Source: Phoronis australis
Lineage: Eukaryota; Animalia; Phoronida
DNA: 64,000 nucleotides
Assembly: GCA_002633005.1 (NCBI GenBank)
Contig: NMRA01000001.1
Span: forward strand, 4,744,184-4,808,183
Direction: 5' to 3'
The first letter of the stretch is position 1. The number at the start of each line of letters is the position of its first letter. The translations under genes and the position numbers were made by a program. The notes below the pieces were generated by a model. The model made no database searches and was not told the origin of the DNA. It was given only the letters and a program-made list of their open reading frames with translations. Below are positions 39,585 through 51,783 of the stretch, in pieces.

Positions 39585-41230
39585 TTTTATGCACCTACAT
39601 ATTTATATGTGGTCGCATATTGCCGTCATCTCTGTCTGGGCGTCCGGCGTCCGTGACTGTATCTCCTAAACCCTTTGCAGGATCATATTAAAATTTGGCA
39701 GGTGTGTTCATATGTGGTATACGACAGAGGGCGACTAGTTTCGGACCGACCCGAATACCGCTGTGCCCCCTAGTGGCAATTTTATTTTTTTACGTTTGCC
39801 TCTGTATCTTCAAAAGTCTTCAGCCGATTGTCATGAAATTTAGTACATAGGCATCTATTAATGAGTTGACACTATCCTCTCGTTTTCGGATTGCTTCGAT
39901 GGATTTTGCGCCATCTAGTGGCCATTTTTACTATTTTCGAGTTGATTTTTTGGCGTCCGCCCCTCTAACTACCAAACCACTCTAAGGATGATTGTGAAAA
40001 TTGGCGTGTATGGTCTTAGTATGAAGAAGACAGTTGACGATGATTTTCCGATGACTTCGACTACTGTGGCGTCACCTAGTGGCAGTTTTGTTTGTTTTTG
40101 CGCCCATGGCTGTATCTCCTAAACGCTCCACAGTATCTTTATTAAATTTAGCAAACGTATTTATATAAAGTTGACAGCAGATGACGACTTTTGAACAGAT
40201 CGATCTATTGGTGTGCCACCTAGTGGCAATTTTAGTTTTTTACATTTATTGCTGTATCTTCAAAGGTACTCAACAGATTTCCACAAAATTTGGCACATAG
40301 ACATCTAGCCATTCATCTTCGGAATGATTCAAGGTTTTTTGCACCACCTAGTGGCCATTTTTGTTGTTTTTGAGTCTGTTTTGTGGCGTTCGTCCCTCTG
40401 TCAACCAAACCACTCTAAGGATGATTGTGAAAGTTGGCATGTATGTTCTTTCTATGAAGGGGACGGTTGCCGATGATTTTCTGATGACTTCGACTACTGT
40501 GGTGCCTCCTAGTGGCAATTTGTTTTTTTTTTGGCACCCATACCTGTATCTCCTAAGCCCTCGGCAGGATCTTTATTAAATTTAGCACGTGAATTTATTT
40601 TAAGTTAGTAAGAGAAGATGACGACTTTTAGACGGATCCGAGGAACACTGTGCCCCCTAGTGGCAATTTCGTTTATTTTGTTGTCCTCTGTTTCTCTGAA
40701 GTATCTCGGCAAATTTTAATTAAAGTTAACTTGGTAAATGGCTTTCTTTTAAAGAAACGACGACATTTGTTTGGTTTTCAGACGGATTCAACGTATTTTG
40801 CACCATCTAGTGGCCATTTTAATGATACAAATAAACAACCCTAAAAGCACACCATTTGCGATGCATTCGTGGGCGCATTTCAACGCTCCATGNCAGGATC
40901 TTTATTAAATTTAGCACGTGAGTTGATTTTAAGTTAGTAAGAGAAGATGACGACTTTTAGACGGATCCGAGGAACACTGTGCCCCCTAGTGGCAATTTCG
41001 TTTATTTTGTTCTCTGTTTCTCTGAAGTTCCTCGGCAAATTTTAATTAAAGTTAACTTGGTAAATGGCTTTCTTTTAAAGAAACGATGACATTTGTTTGG
41101 TTTTCAGACGGTTTCGACGTATTTTGCACCATCTAGTGGCCGTTTTAATGATACAAATAAACAACCCTAAAAGCACACCATTTGCGATGCATTCGTGGGC
41201 GCATTTCAACGCTCCATGTTGCTCTTGTTT
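39585..41230 (+). mobile_element. Helentron/HINE (DINE-1-like) non-autonomous element with internal repeats of about 150 bp
   Basis: T-run, then subTIR/hairpin ATGCACCTACATAT..ATATGTGGTCGCAT, a CGTCCG microsatellite and internal repeats. The 3' end has subTIR GTGGGCGCAT, a short hairpin and CTTGTTT. A shorter degenerate copy lies at about 39240-39478. Confidence 0.75.
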
Positions 41231-41461
41231 TAATTCATGTTGTATATCATCTCTGTCATCCAAAATCTGTACGCAGTCTAGTGTATGAAGTTGAAAACAT
41301 GTACACCTGAAAGGCTTCATGGAGTGCAACGTCCTTCAGTGGATGACCATTTTTGTTAACTTCACCAGTGTGCTCAGTTTTCCTGACTGTTGATTGACAT
41401 ATTCTGACCAGTCCCTTGGTGGAAGTGACTGTTAAATCACCTGTCATTACTTGTCTTACAG

Positions 41462-41644
41462 GAGTACTGGTGGGCAGTGGCTCTAATGATCATTGCCTTC
41501 ATTCTTCTCATGGCGCTCTTCATCAAGGTTTGTGCTGTGCACACACCCAGCAGTAACCCCAACAAGAAACCGGCCCGCAAACTGAGCGCTCCTCACCGAC
41601 GAGCTGGGCCCTCTGGTCAACAAGGGGCACCACCACAATCTCGG
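41462..41644 (+). CDS. ADAM10: ADAM10 transmembrane and proximal tail exon (EYWWAVALM...VHTPSSNP)
   Basis: WWAV plus TM helix and the HTPSSNP motif; gtgagc donor. Confidence 0.96.
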
Positions 41645-41884
41645 GTGAGCCATATGAATACACAGTGTCAACTCTTTTGCAGCTGTGCATGTTGAAATAT
41701 CATAGTTGTCATTAGTAGTTAAGTGTTTATCACTTAGTAATGATGCATGTTTATGATCAGCTCGGTCTTTCCGAACTGTTCTAATCTGTTCGGTGTTTCT
41801 CTTCCATTCTAATCTGCCCATTTACAGTTAAGTTGAGGTGTTTTATGATTAGTTGTTTGAGTTGTATTAGTATACCGTAAGTAT

Positions 41885-42405
41885 TTGCACTTCCTCTCCC
41901 ACTACACTTCTCCCACTTCGCCTCCTCTCCCGCTGCGCCTCCTCTCCCGCTGCACTTCCTCTCCCGCTGCGCCTCCTCTCCCACTGCACTTCCTCTCCCG
42001 CTGCGCCTCCTCTCCCGCTGCGCTTCCTCTCCCNNNNNNNNNNNNNNNNNNNNNNNNNNNNNNNNNNNNNNNNNNNNNNNNNNNNNNNNNNNNNNNNNNN
42101 NNNNNNNNNNNNNNNNNNNNNNNNNNNNNNNNNNNNNNNNNNNNNNNNNNNNNNNNNNNNNNNNNNNNNNNNNNNNNNNNNNNNNNNNNNNNNNNNNCCC
42201 GCTGCACTTCCTCTCCCACTGCACTTCCTCTCCCGCTGCACTTCCTCTCCCGCTGCGCTTCCTCTCCCGCTGCACTTCCTCTCCCACTGCACTTCCTCTC
42301 CCGCTGCACTTCCTCTCCCGCTGCACTTGTTCCACTACACTTCTCCCACTGCTGTTCCTCCCACACAGCACTTCTTCTCCCACTGCACTTCCTCTCTTAC
42401 TACAC
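41885..42405. repeat. 17-bp minisatellite (CCTCTCCCGCTGCACTT)n containing an N gap
   Basis: Directly visible; explains four spurious ORFs. Confidence 0.97.
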
Positions 42406-42671
42406 TTCTGTTTCAGCGTGCAACTGCCAAGTCTCAGGCTCAGTCTACACGCATTTAAGCTCAGGTTCTTTTTACCTTTCACTTGTTATGTTTCTATTAA
42501 TATTTTGCTGTTTTTCGTGTTATCTGTTTTGTTGCGATTTTGAATGTTTAATAGGTAGATGAAATTGCGTATGATTTAGTCCACAAATATATTGAAATGT
42601 TTTTTACCACTTGATAGGGCATTGTGTTTATGCCATGTGCTTAAGGTTTAATTATGCACCTGTCCTATTAT

Positions 42672-43183
42672 CAGGGCTTGGAATTTTCCACGGAAACGCG
42701 GATTTCTGCTTTTTTCAAATGTTCTTTCCGCGTATTTTATTATATTTCCACAAATAAAAAAAATCGGATTTGATATAAAATTTCTGCGGCAAATGTCTTT
42801 CTTACCGCCACGTTGCCGACGACTTTCAGCTCGAAAGGCGGAAGTTACTCTTCATGTTTCGGAGGAACGTAAATTGTCAACATTGCCGGGGCATCTGGGA
42901 TAGCATGGTGGATTTCCTCAATGGCGGCTCGTGTGATTGTAAACCGCGGTGACAAATACTACGACTCTGTAGCCAAAAAATGCTTGTAGGTGGGAGGGTG
43001 GGAGTGGCAGATGAGCTAAGACAGACGCAGACGCATGCTCCCGGAGGTGGTACCGTTTTTTTTTTTTTAGTCCTCTCGATTTAGGTCGGCAAAAGGTCCA
43101 CACCGACTTTTTCAAGGCTGGCTGCGCATGTTTCGGGCCGTAAAAATTTCCGCGTTTTTCGCTATTGGTCATTCCAAGCCCTG
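42672..43183. mobile_element. hAT-like MITE with 13-bp TIRs and a 6-bp target duplication
   Basis: TATTAT|CAGGGCTTGGAAT...ATTCCAAGCCCTG|TATTAT. Confidence 0.88.
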
Positions 43184-44279
43184 TATTATGTGATGTGCCC
43201 GAGTTCTTATTATAGACCCCTCCTAGTGTGGAGTGGTGCTATTTGCCTGACTCTCAGTCTGCCGCTCTTGTCCGGTGTTAACTCAGATCTTGCTTGCCAA
43301 GTATTGGCCTGTCTGCGGCCATATCCAATCACTTTGGGCAACTCTCATTTCTGTTGCTATGGTAACAAGTTTGACTCTTAATGATCTCACTGTTAACTGA
43401 ACATATTATCTAACATTATTTAATTATGTCATGTAGGCATATTATACTGGTCATATGATTTTGAACGCACAAACCAGGGATCTGTATCGTGAAAGTGGTC
43501 TTGCGTTCTCACTCCTCAATTGCTGAAAAAAGGTTAAGGCGAGTATTCATGAGAACACCACTGTTCAGAAGAAAATGAATTAGTAAGACTGGGGATGAAG
43601 TTGCCACCGGAGACCTGAAGTTTCCACTGCCAACCTGAAATCGCCTAATCCAAATCTGATGCTCCATGGAATCTATTTATTGATGCTTAAATCTGAAGCC
43701 CACATAATAGTTACATATTGACTGATGTTAATAGTTATGTACTGCTTCGCTGCAAACTTTATTCAGTTTTTGGCCTTGGATATAAAGCGCACGACCTGTC
43801 ATAGTTCTGCGGGACAGGATGCTCCTTCAATTGACAGTTTACTACTTGTTGAAAATGACATGTCATCCGAAAAAATGTTGACTGTTGCAGCTTTCTGGTG
43901 AGGATAAAAGCGCACTTGTGAACTAACTTATGATCTCAAAACTTGTATTGTTTAGAGTTCAAGAGATGTTCTCGATGATAATGTCCCTATGATAATGTCC
44001 CTGTGTACACACTTAAAGCTACATCTAGAACTCAGTGTCTAAATGAGTAATGAATAACATTCAGTCAGACAACCTCTAGCCATATTCCTCTCGGTACTCG
44101 AAAGGATGATACCTTTGGGGCCTTGCCTGTCGAATGCAAGTTGTTGGGTTTCTGTTTGCACCTGTGATTTACTATACGGGCTCCTGTTATGCTCAGAAAT
44201 CACTTTTAAACTGAGTAAGTTACAAGATAGGGCTCGCTAGTTTTATAGTGGTTGGTGTTTTTGACATGATTGTGGAAAG

Positions 44280-44840
44280 CAGGGTGCATTGGGACTCGGA
44301 GAGATCTACGTACTGGGTGTATCGGCGGGATGCATTGGGACTTACGATCCTAGATACTGGGTGTACATTTGAGGTGAATTAGGACTTGCAATGTTAGGTA
44401 TTTGGTGTATGTCATGTGGGATGCATTGGGACTTGGAGACCTAGGTACTGGGTGTATCGGTGGGATGCATTGGGACTTGGATACCTAGGTAATGGGTGTA
44501 TATGTGGGATGCATTGTGACTTGGATACCTAGGTAATGGGTGTATATGTTCGGTGAATTGACCTATCGCAAGCTCCGCCCCCTTGCAAAAAGTCGACAAC
44601 AAACAATAAAAAATATGTTGTTTGTTGGGTAAAATGGCGGCTTGGAAACAAAGGTGTGTCAAGAATGCTGTGTTCTGATTGGTCAGTTAAGCCGTCACTC
44701 AAAATCCTGGCGATAAGTCAGTTGGGACTAAGAGATTAGGTACCAGGCGTATGTGGAGTGCGTTGGAACTTAGTAACGTAGGTACTGGGTGTATGTGTGG
44801 TATGCATTGGGACTTAAAGACCTAGGTACTGGGTGTATTT
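44280..44840. repeat. About 39-bp degenerate minisatellite interrupted by a 162-bp TIR element (44559-44720)
   Basis: TGCATTGGGACTT...TACTGGGTGTA units; the insert has TGACCTATCGC and GCGATAAGTCA ends. Confidence 0.8.
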
Positions 44841-45334
44841 GTTAACTTGTCATTTGGTGCTTCTGCCTATTAGCCATGTAATTCTTATTTCCAGTCCAAT
44901 GTTGTTCATGTTAAAGAAAGCGGACCCCTGTAATACGTCACGGTATACAAGATGGTGGAGTCACTGTGCTCTTTTAACAAAAATACAACTCTGGACTACA
45001 GTAACCGTAGCCAAACATTCTGCTTTGTAATCAAACTTATGCAGTCCAACTTTTGCATTTGTTAAATTTGTTATTTTATCCTTGCTAAGTTGCACATTTT
45101 GGCTAATTGTTAGCAATTCTGCAGTTATGTTATTGAAAGTCACTTCATGCAAGTTGCCAAGCAGTCTGTTGTAGACAGAGTTGTTTTCATATTGTGTTGT
45201 GGCTAACAATCAATCTTCATTACATTTATAGTATTTTGTTAATTTTCTCATTTGTATTTCTTTGCGCTTTGCTGCCATTTTAATGACTTTAGTTGTTATC
45301 TCTACTGCCTTATCACTTATGGATTGCCGAATTG

Positions 45335-45948
45335 AGGCCTTTCCCACTAGGAACACTTAACTTCGGTCTTGAATCGAAGTTAACACCACAAGTTCACTCC
45401 GAAGTAAAGAGGTGGATTTAACACCGAAGCATCTATGCTTGGCTACAGTGGGAACACTTAAAACTTCGATGTCATCAGAGTTATCTGCAGCGGTCACTGC
45501 TTGCCCTTGCTTGTGTTCTAATAATTATTATTTTGACATTCCGTTTCATTTTATCCATGAATTCGCTCGATTCTTAATTTTAAAAATTCACCAAATAAAG
45601 TACGCAAAACAAGTTCCCACCACATCATACTGCTTTTGTTTGGATCAGCTGTTAGCCTGCTCAAGAAGAGTAATATTGCATCTTCATTGTCCCAATGTGG
45701 CAACCGTTGGCTGCCTTTTGAAGTTGATGCTCTAGTTTCCATTTGGGGAGAGGGAAAGGTCCTTGCCATTTCTGATGGCAAGCACTGACAAAAACAGGAA
45801 GACATAATGACCAAAAGTCATATTAGCAATAACTTTGCTGAACTGTAATTCTTAAGCTGATGGGAACACTAGCACTCAACTCTGCAGTTAACCACAGTTA
45901 GCATCAAAGCTTCAGCAGTAGCGAAGTTAATTCTATGGGAAACGGCCT
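45335..45948. mobile_element. PIF/Harbinger-like MITE (degenerate)
   Basis: Inverted ends AGGCCTTTCCCA..TTAACTTCG and CGAAGTTAA..TGGGAAACGGCCT. Confidence 0.6.
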
Positions 45949-46766
45949 TTTGAGAGTGAAAATAGACCTGCAGTATATTTATAACTGAGGGTTTGCTTGG
46001 TGTTTCTTTCTTTTAGTTGAATACACTGCCTTGCTTCTGGTTTCCAGTGCATTTAGACTAGAATACATCGCGTTCAAATATAAGTTAAAGCCACTTATAG
46101 GTCTTTTTTCTTGTTTATTGTGATGTGTTGCTTACTGTTGTCTTGTCATGTTATTTCTCTGTATGTCTGGCTGGATGTCACTCTTTTCTCGCACACACGA
46201 GTGTCTACAGCACATCAACATCCTGGCCTTTTTAGCCTTGCCCCTAACTTAGTGCTGGTATGTTGCAGTACTAAGGTATTGGTTAGTAGCAAGTCATGCC
46301 ATGTCACAGTTAATTTATGTTGCAAAACTGAATCTCAAATTCATACTGCTTTAAGTTTTGTCTTCCTCAGCTACTGTATGTTACTTTCTAGAACCTAGTG
46401 TGTAATCGGTGCAATTTAACGACATTTAAAGTCATTAGAGGCTCTCTATGTGTATGTCCTGTAACGCGTTTTATAATTCTCTGTATTGTGTTTAAACCTT
46501 CATTACTTCAATTAATAAGATCAAAGGTGTCTTCTAACAGTTTCATCAGGTCGGCGAATAACAATTGACACAGGGAAATTCACTTTTATCATCAAAAAAC
46601 ACGTTAAATACCTGCATCTAGGTGTCGAAAATTTTCAGTAGGTATTAAACACTTTTTTGTATGGAAAAATGAATTTCCCTGTATCAAGGTTAAGGGTGGT
46701 TCACCTCACCGTTGCCAGTTGCTGAATACTGTCCACATAGACTGACCAATGCCTTCTGTGTTGTAG

Positions 46767-46886
46767 GGCCGTCCTCCACCTGACTACTACCCTCAGGCGG
46801 GACGAGGTGGACCTCCTCCAGGCCATGGTCAAGGAAGAGGTGGACATCGTCCAGAAAAGGTGGAAATGAAGCAGAGGCGGGTCTAG
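46767..46886 (+). CDS. ADAM10: ADAM10 terminal coding exon (GRPPPDYYPQAGRGGPPPG...EMKQRRV*)
   Basis: ttgtag acceptor in phase 0; Pro/Gly/Arg-rich tail; TAG at 46884-46886. Confidence 0.85.
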   Translation, partial: GRPPPDYYPQAGRGGPPPGHGQGRGGHRPEKVEMKQRRV

Positions 46887-48397
46887 ACTGGCTGGTCATG
46901 CTGGTCTGCAAGTGATCACGATGTTAACGATAGATATGTCTGTCACCTAGCGTGGTGAATCACTGGTTGGATGTCTATGTTCCTTTGTATTTGTATAAAA
47001 ATGTACGCACATGGCCTTGTTGTGGTTCCTCCAATAGGTGGAGCTGTGTGTGCCAGAAGATAAGCTGTATAGACATCTGTCCACTACTCTCGAAACAACT
47101 TCACCTGGGAAATGAGATGCAAGGCTACACCAATGCTTATCTAAAATTTCTACTCCCGTTTCCCTCATGTATTCATACTTGTAATAATTGACACAGTCAT
47201 GAAAGGTCAAGTTAGGCTCTCGTTTCATTTTCTTAGCCATACTCTAGAGGCTATTCCGCAAATCTCTGCCAGGTTACAATTGGAGAAACCTTAGAAAGGT
47301 GGTTACGTATGGTCTGATGTCAGACTGTTAGTTGTTGTCATAGGCTGCCTGTCATCATATCGTGCTCTAAACGGTCTCTCAGTGTGTTTTCACATGTCTC
47401 TGTAATATTGATACGTGTTTTGTGAAGTGATCAGTAAGGTCCACTACAATGAATACATTTCATTGGTTGTGTCTGATATATTCTGTGTGGTCCAATGAAC
47501 AAGAGAAGGCATAAATAGCTAAAACTTAATCCTAATCTACAAAATGTAGCCCGTCTCCTAGGATGTTACTGTCAGTATAAGTGCCTAATTTATTTATCTT
47601 CCATATTTGTAAAACATGTCTGAATCTTCGTGTCATTGTGTATTGCAACCATTTATGTACATAGTGTACAGTTTCTATTGACAGCTCTACTTATACAAGG
47701 TGTATTTAATATTTCAATGATTTTAATAACTTCTACTCGAGGTCTAATTATTATAGTTTGTGTTAGCTATGAAGCCATTCAACTTAGTGGTTAGTTGTTT
47801 TTTTTTTGGTTCGGTTTATTTTAAACATTTCCAAGTGTACTTAAGTATGTAGTGGTGTTTGCACATGTCATCCACTCTTGCATGTAACTATATAGTATAG
47901 TTACGTCAACTTAGGGGTTAAGTGAGACACGTACCGATTCTGTCCAATTTTCAAAAAAGCATAATAAATATGTGTCTGCTGTTATTTTCTCATTTTGTTG
48001 GTTTCAGGGCTTCAAATTCATTCTTGTTTGTAATCACTCTAGTACATAATTGTGTGCCTCAGTCTTCTTCGTTACATTTTATTTGCGACTGCTTGATTGT
48101 AATGAAATGGTGTTTTTGTCTAATATACGCAGGAAGCTAATAATATCTCAGTTTATACCTTTTGCATTACCTTTTGTCTGTTGGGTTTTCAACAGCCAAT
48201 TAGTGCGAGAACATGTGAACAGTCACGATAGTTCGCCACCCGAGATGCAAACATTGCTGATCAAATCATATATGTACAGGGGAAAAGTGGTCCTGCTTAT
48301 CAGTGAAAGCAGGTGGTCGACTTAACGGTCAGCTGGACTAACCACTACCAAGTGAATGGAATAGATTTTCTTAAATAGTATTTAACATGAATTTACA

Positions 48398-48403
48398 AAT
48401 AAA
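48398..48403 (+). terminator. Candidate ADAM10 polyadenylation signal
   Basis: AATAAA about 1.5 kb after the stop, followed by a GT-rich stretch. An alternative AATAAA lies at 47963. Confidence 0.4.
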
Positions 48404-48612
48404 CGTGGAATGTGTGGGTGACCTGGCATGCGACTTTATTAATACAGAGACCACCACTGGACATTAGCGAACATTCAACTGCAGTCAATGTGCTTACTGG
48501 AGCATCAAGTCTTGTCTCTTAACATCAAGAGTATATTGCAAAACAACTGTTGCCAACCTTGACACCCCTTTGAATGCGTCAGACATTGCGAATGAAGCAT
48601 AATGCGCACTTA

Positions 48613-49169
48613 GGGCGGTTCCAGTAAAATCTGTGTTGGAGGGGGGAGGCAGTTGTAATAAAAAATTTACGGGTGGTTGTGTTTGATTTAAATTTAAAAC
48701 GGCTGTTGATCATACTTCAAGAAAACAAAAAGTTGCAGGTCGTTGTTGTTTTATTGTGCCATTAATGCTTGATGGTGGGTAATTTCAGTATTATAAACAA
48801 TCCGCACAGAATTAACAACTAAAACAAAAACGCAACTTGCAAATAGCTCCGTCTTTTTCACTCCCTCCGATCTCCCCATTGGCATGCCCATGACACCAGT
48901 CAACCACAGGCACTCGAATTTCTCGATGGCTAATAACCATATATAAGAAACATGTTTTCTTAGCAATGAATAACGTCAGTGGTTATCGAGGAACAGATAA
49001 ACTCGAGTGCCTGTGCAGTCAACCACAAGAACAACAAAAAATTACGGGTGATTGCATTTCAAACTTATAAAAAATTACAGGTGGTGGGCTGAAGAAATAA
49101 ATGAAAAATATCTGGTGAGTGCGAAAAAATTGCCTTCCCCCTCCAATACAGATTTTACTGCAACAGCCC
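48613..49169. mobile_element. PIF/Harbinger-type MITE
   Basis: TTA target duplication; TIRs of about 33 bp, GGGCGGTTCCAGTAAAATCTGTGTTGGAGGGGG and CCCCCTCCAATACAGATTTTACTGCAACAGCCC. Confidence 0.85.
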
Positions 49170-49604
49170 TTAGTTAACTTGAGACCGATAACAATGAGTC
49201 AATTACAGGGCCTTTTTCTGGATGCACGTTAACATTGTGTCCGTGTTTGACATTCGTGGTGTTCACGATGACGAGGTGAAAATTAGTGATCTCAACTTAA
49301 TCTTAAAGTTGTGTTAAAAGACAAGGCTGCTGACAGTTAGTACAGAGTGGGCCTGGGGTGTCCTTGCGCAGCTGTCGAAACAGGTTGTCGTAGGCCTATT
49401 TACACACGTCCATATTACTGGACTAATCTCGTGCCTTTAAGCACAGCTTCACATACAACCACAGAAGCGTCAATGCATCCATGTCACTAAAAATGCTGAT
49501 TGTTAGATAACAAAATTAGGAATTCCTTTGTTCCTACATGTAAGTACATGTCCATCACGTCTAGCCAAATCTCGTCAACTGCTTGTCCGAGTTTCCGATC
49601 GGTC

Positions 49605-49932
49605 AGCTGATTGGTTAATGTACTGAACTAGCCAATAGTGTTAAAGTATTACGATGACGTATTTACAACGAAATGTTCTGATTGTTCTGAATTTACCAGG
49701 TGGAATTGGTTTCCGGTCTGTACGCTGATTGGCTATTGTCAGTGAACTAGCCAATAGCGTTAAATTATTACGATGACGTACTTGCAACGAAATGTTCTGA
49801 TTGTTCTGAATTTACCAGGTGGAATTGGTTTCCGGTCTGTACGCTGATTGGCTATTGTCAGTGAACTAGCCAATAGCGTTAAATTATTACGATGACGTAG
49901 TTGCAACGAAATGTTCTGATTGTTCTGAATTA
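49605..49932. repeat. 119-bp tandem repeat (about 2.7 units) rich in promoter-type motifs
   Basis: ATTGTTCTGAAT at 49681, 49800 and 49919; units carry GATTGG, GCCAAT, TGACGTA and TTCCGG. Confidence 0.9.
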
Positions 49933-51124
49933 TACACAGGGAGTTTCTAGGCGAGATCCCGTACCCCACCCCCACGTAACATTCTTGATCCGCTAGTAGT
50001 ATAGCAATAATCTTTATTTAAAAGTGAGGAATAACAACGAAACATTAGCACAAGTGCAATTATCCGACAATTTTTAAAAATCTACAAACTGAAATTACCG
50101 TACAACCTAAAATGCAAGCTAAATACAGCAGTATACTTAAACCTAAATGAAGGCGCTTTTTATTGCCCATCTTTCCAGAGATTTTTATTTTATCTTTATG
50201 TTATTTGTACACTCATATTTCTGTACCTTATCAGTCATAATAAATGACCTTATATCGCCTATACACGGTCTCCTTTGTATCTCTGGAAAAGGCGGAGCTT
50301 GCGACGCCCGGCACCTATTATTTTCGGGACATATTCCCGGCGAACACTATAAATACAGAAGTACATATACCGGCATACGGGGTGTGCTGTACGGTAGTGA
50401 GTTCTCATTTAATTGTCGATGACAACGAGTTCCACACTGGCAAAGTACCGTTATGGGAGATAGAGTCACCCGCGTAAGTCATGATGGTATTAAAACGTTT
50501 TACTGACATAGAGACAGTTTTCGCTTCTGAGACCGTATCTAGACCCTCTAAATTCAAGGACAAAGGACATGGTCCGATAAACACAGTGGCCGATCTACGA
50601 TACCATGCATAAGGGGGGGGGGGGGCNGGGGCAACATATGTTGCCTCTTGGGCCGCAATGTTTGGAAAATCTATCGTTGGACCAAAAATTAAAACGGGAA
50701 CGCGATTCCGTTCCGCCGGGATCTGGGGTCTGGGCCCCCCTCTCTTTTCCGCTACCGGTCCTAGTTACTGAACTCAATATTTGTTCACGCTTCACGCTGT
50801 TTTATTTTGCTTGCGACAGCCAAGGGGGTGGGAAGCCCCTCCCCACCTTAATCCGCCTATGCATGAACATTTTCGAATACCGGTACTTCAATAGATAAAC
50901 ACTTCATCCGCCAACTAGAGAGCAGCTCCTAGCCTTATCTAAGAGTTGTGAGTAGCTTGACTAGTCACTGTCATTGAACACGAATTTGAAAGCATGGTGT
51001 TGTATCTTTTCCATTTTCTTACTTTAAAGTATTGGCTTCAGCCGACATAATTATATAATAAAACAATGATATTCCGATAATATCACGTTTTTAGAGTCTT
51101 AACATAATGAGCTAGGTGAAAGTC

Positions 51125-51440
51125 AGCATTTGTAAATTTTTGTCACGATCATGTGGTTTTGCATAGTAAGAAATTCTGCTGTCATTGCTAAAATGTGAAG
51201 AAATGGCAATGTCCACAACACCCCAAAACTTGGACGTGTCGATGTTGGTACGAAAGAACATCATGTTAAGATACTATAATACTTACTTAGAAACCAAGTA
51301 AAGAGTGATGTGTTTGTTATTAAACAAGTTCAGAGTGGCATTTGTGAGAAGTACAAGGTGTTTCAAGACGGGACAGCACGAACCAAGAAAAGTCTCAACA
51401 CTGACATTGCGTCCATACTCAATTATGGCAAAGTTTCCTA
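51125..51440 (+). pseudogene. Decayed partial duplicate of ADAM10 (intron plus truncated catalytic exon)
   Basis: [33 protein letters not shown] copies the 31586 exon and ends before HExxH. Upstream intronic similarity to about 30690-30780 and 31470-31585. Confidence 0.9.
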
Positions 51441-51777
51441 CAGGTTGTCAATGTATTTACACAGTCCCACATTACTAGACCAATCCCGTGCCTTTAAGCA
51501 CAGCTTCACATACAACCATACGAGTGTAGATTACATCCCTGTTACTAAAATGCTGATCCTTGATAACAAAATGAGGGATTCCTTTGTTCCTACATGTAAG
51601 GACATGTCCATCAGCTCTAGCCAAATCTCGCCAACTGCTGGACCGTCTGACGAGCCTGTATCTACCTTTCAGTAATTGATTTTTGACAAATCTTGTAGCA
51701 AGCAAAAAATCTGATCTTTGTAGTCAGTGTGTGATGTACAGCACAGTACAAATGTTCAGAATGTAGGTAAAATTGAC

Positions 51778-51783
51778 TTTATT
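51778..51783 (-). terminator. ILF2 polyadenylation signal candidate
   Basis: AATAAA on the - strand about 230 nt after the stop. Confidence 0.55.

Larger units (their letters stand above)
9612..46886 (+). other. ADAM10: ADAM10/kuzbanian gene span (17 coding exons; prodomain, zinc metalloprotease, disintegrin, Cys-rich, TM, cytoplasmic tail)
   Basis: The spliced exons give one open frame of 2465 nt with matching phases. Diagnostic ADAM10 motifs include [49 protein letters not shown] and [11 protein letters not shown]. Confidence 0.97.

Noticed and set aside
40565-41218. 330-bp direct duplication within the Helentron-like element
   Set aside because: The copies meet at a single N (40893), which indicates a probable contig-overlap artefact like that at N 9029.
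41781-42562. Long ORFs of 141-233 aa
   Set aside because: They are produced by the 17-bp minisatellite and the N gap.
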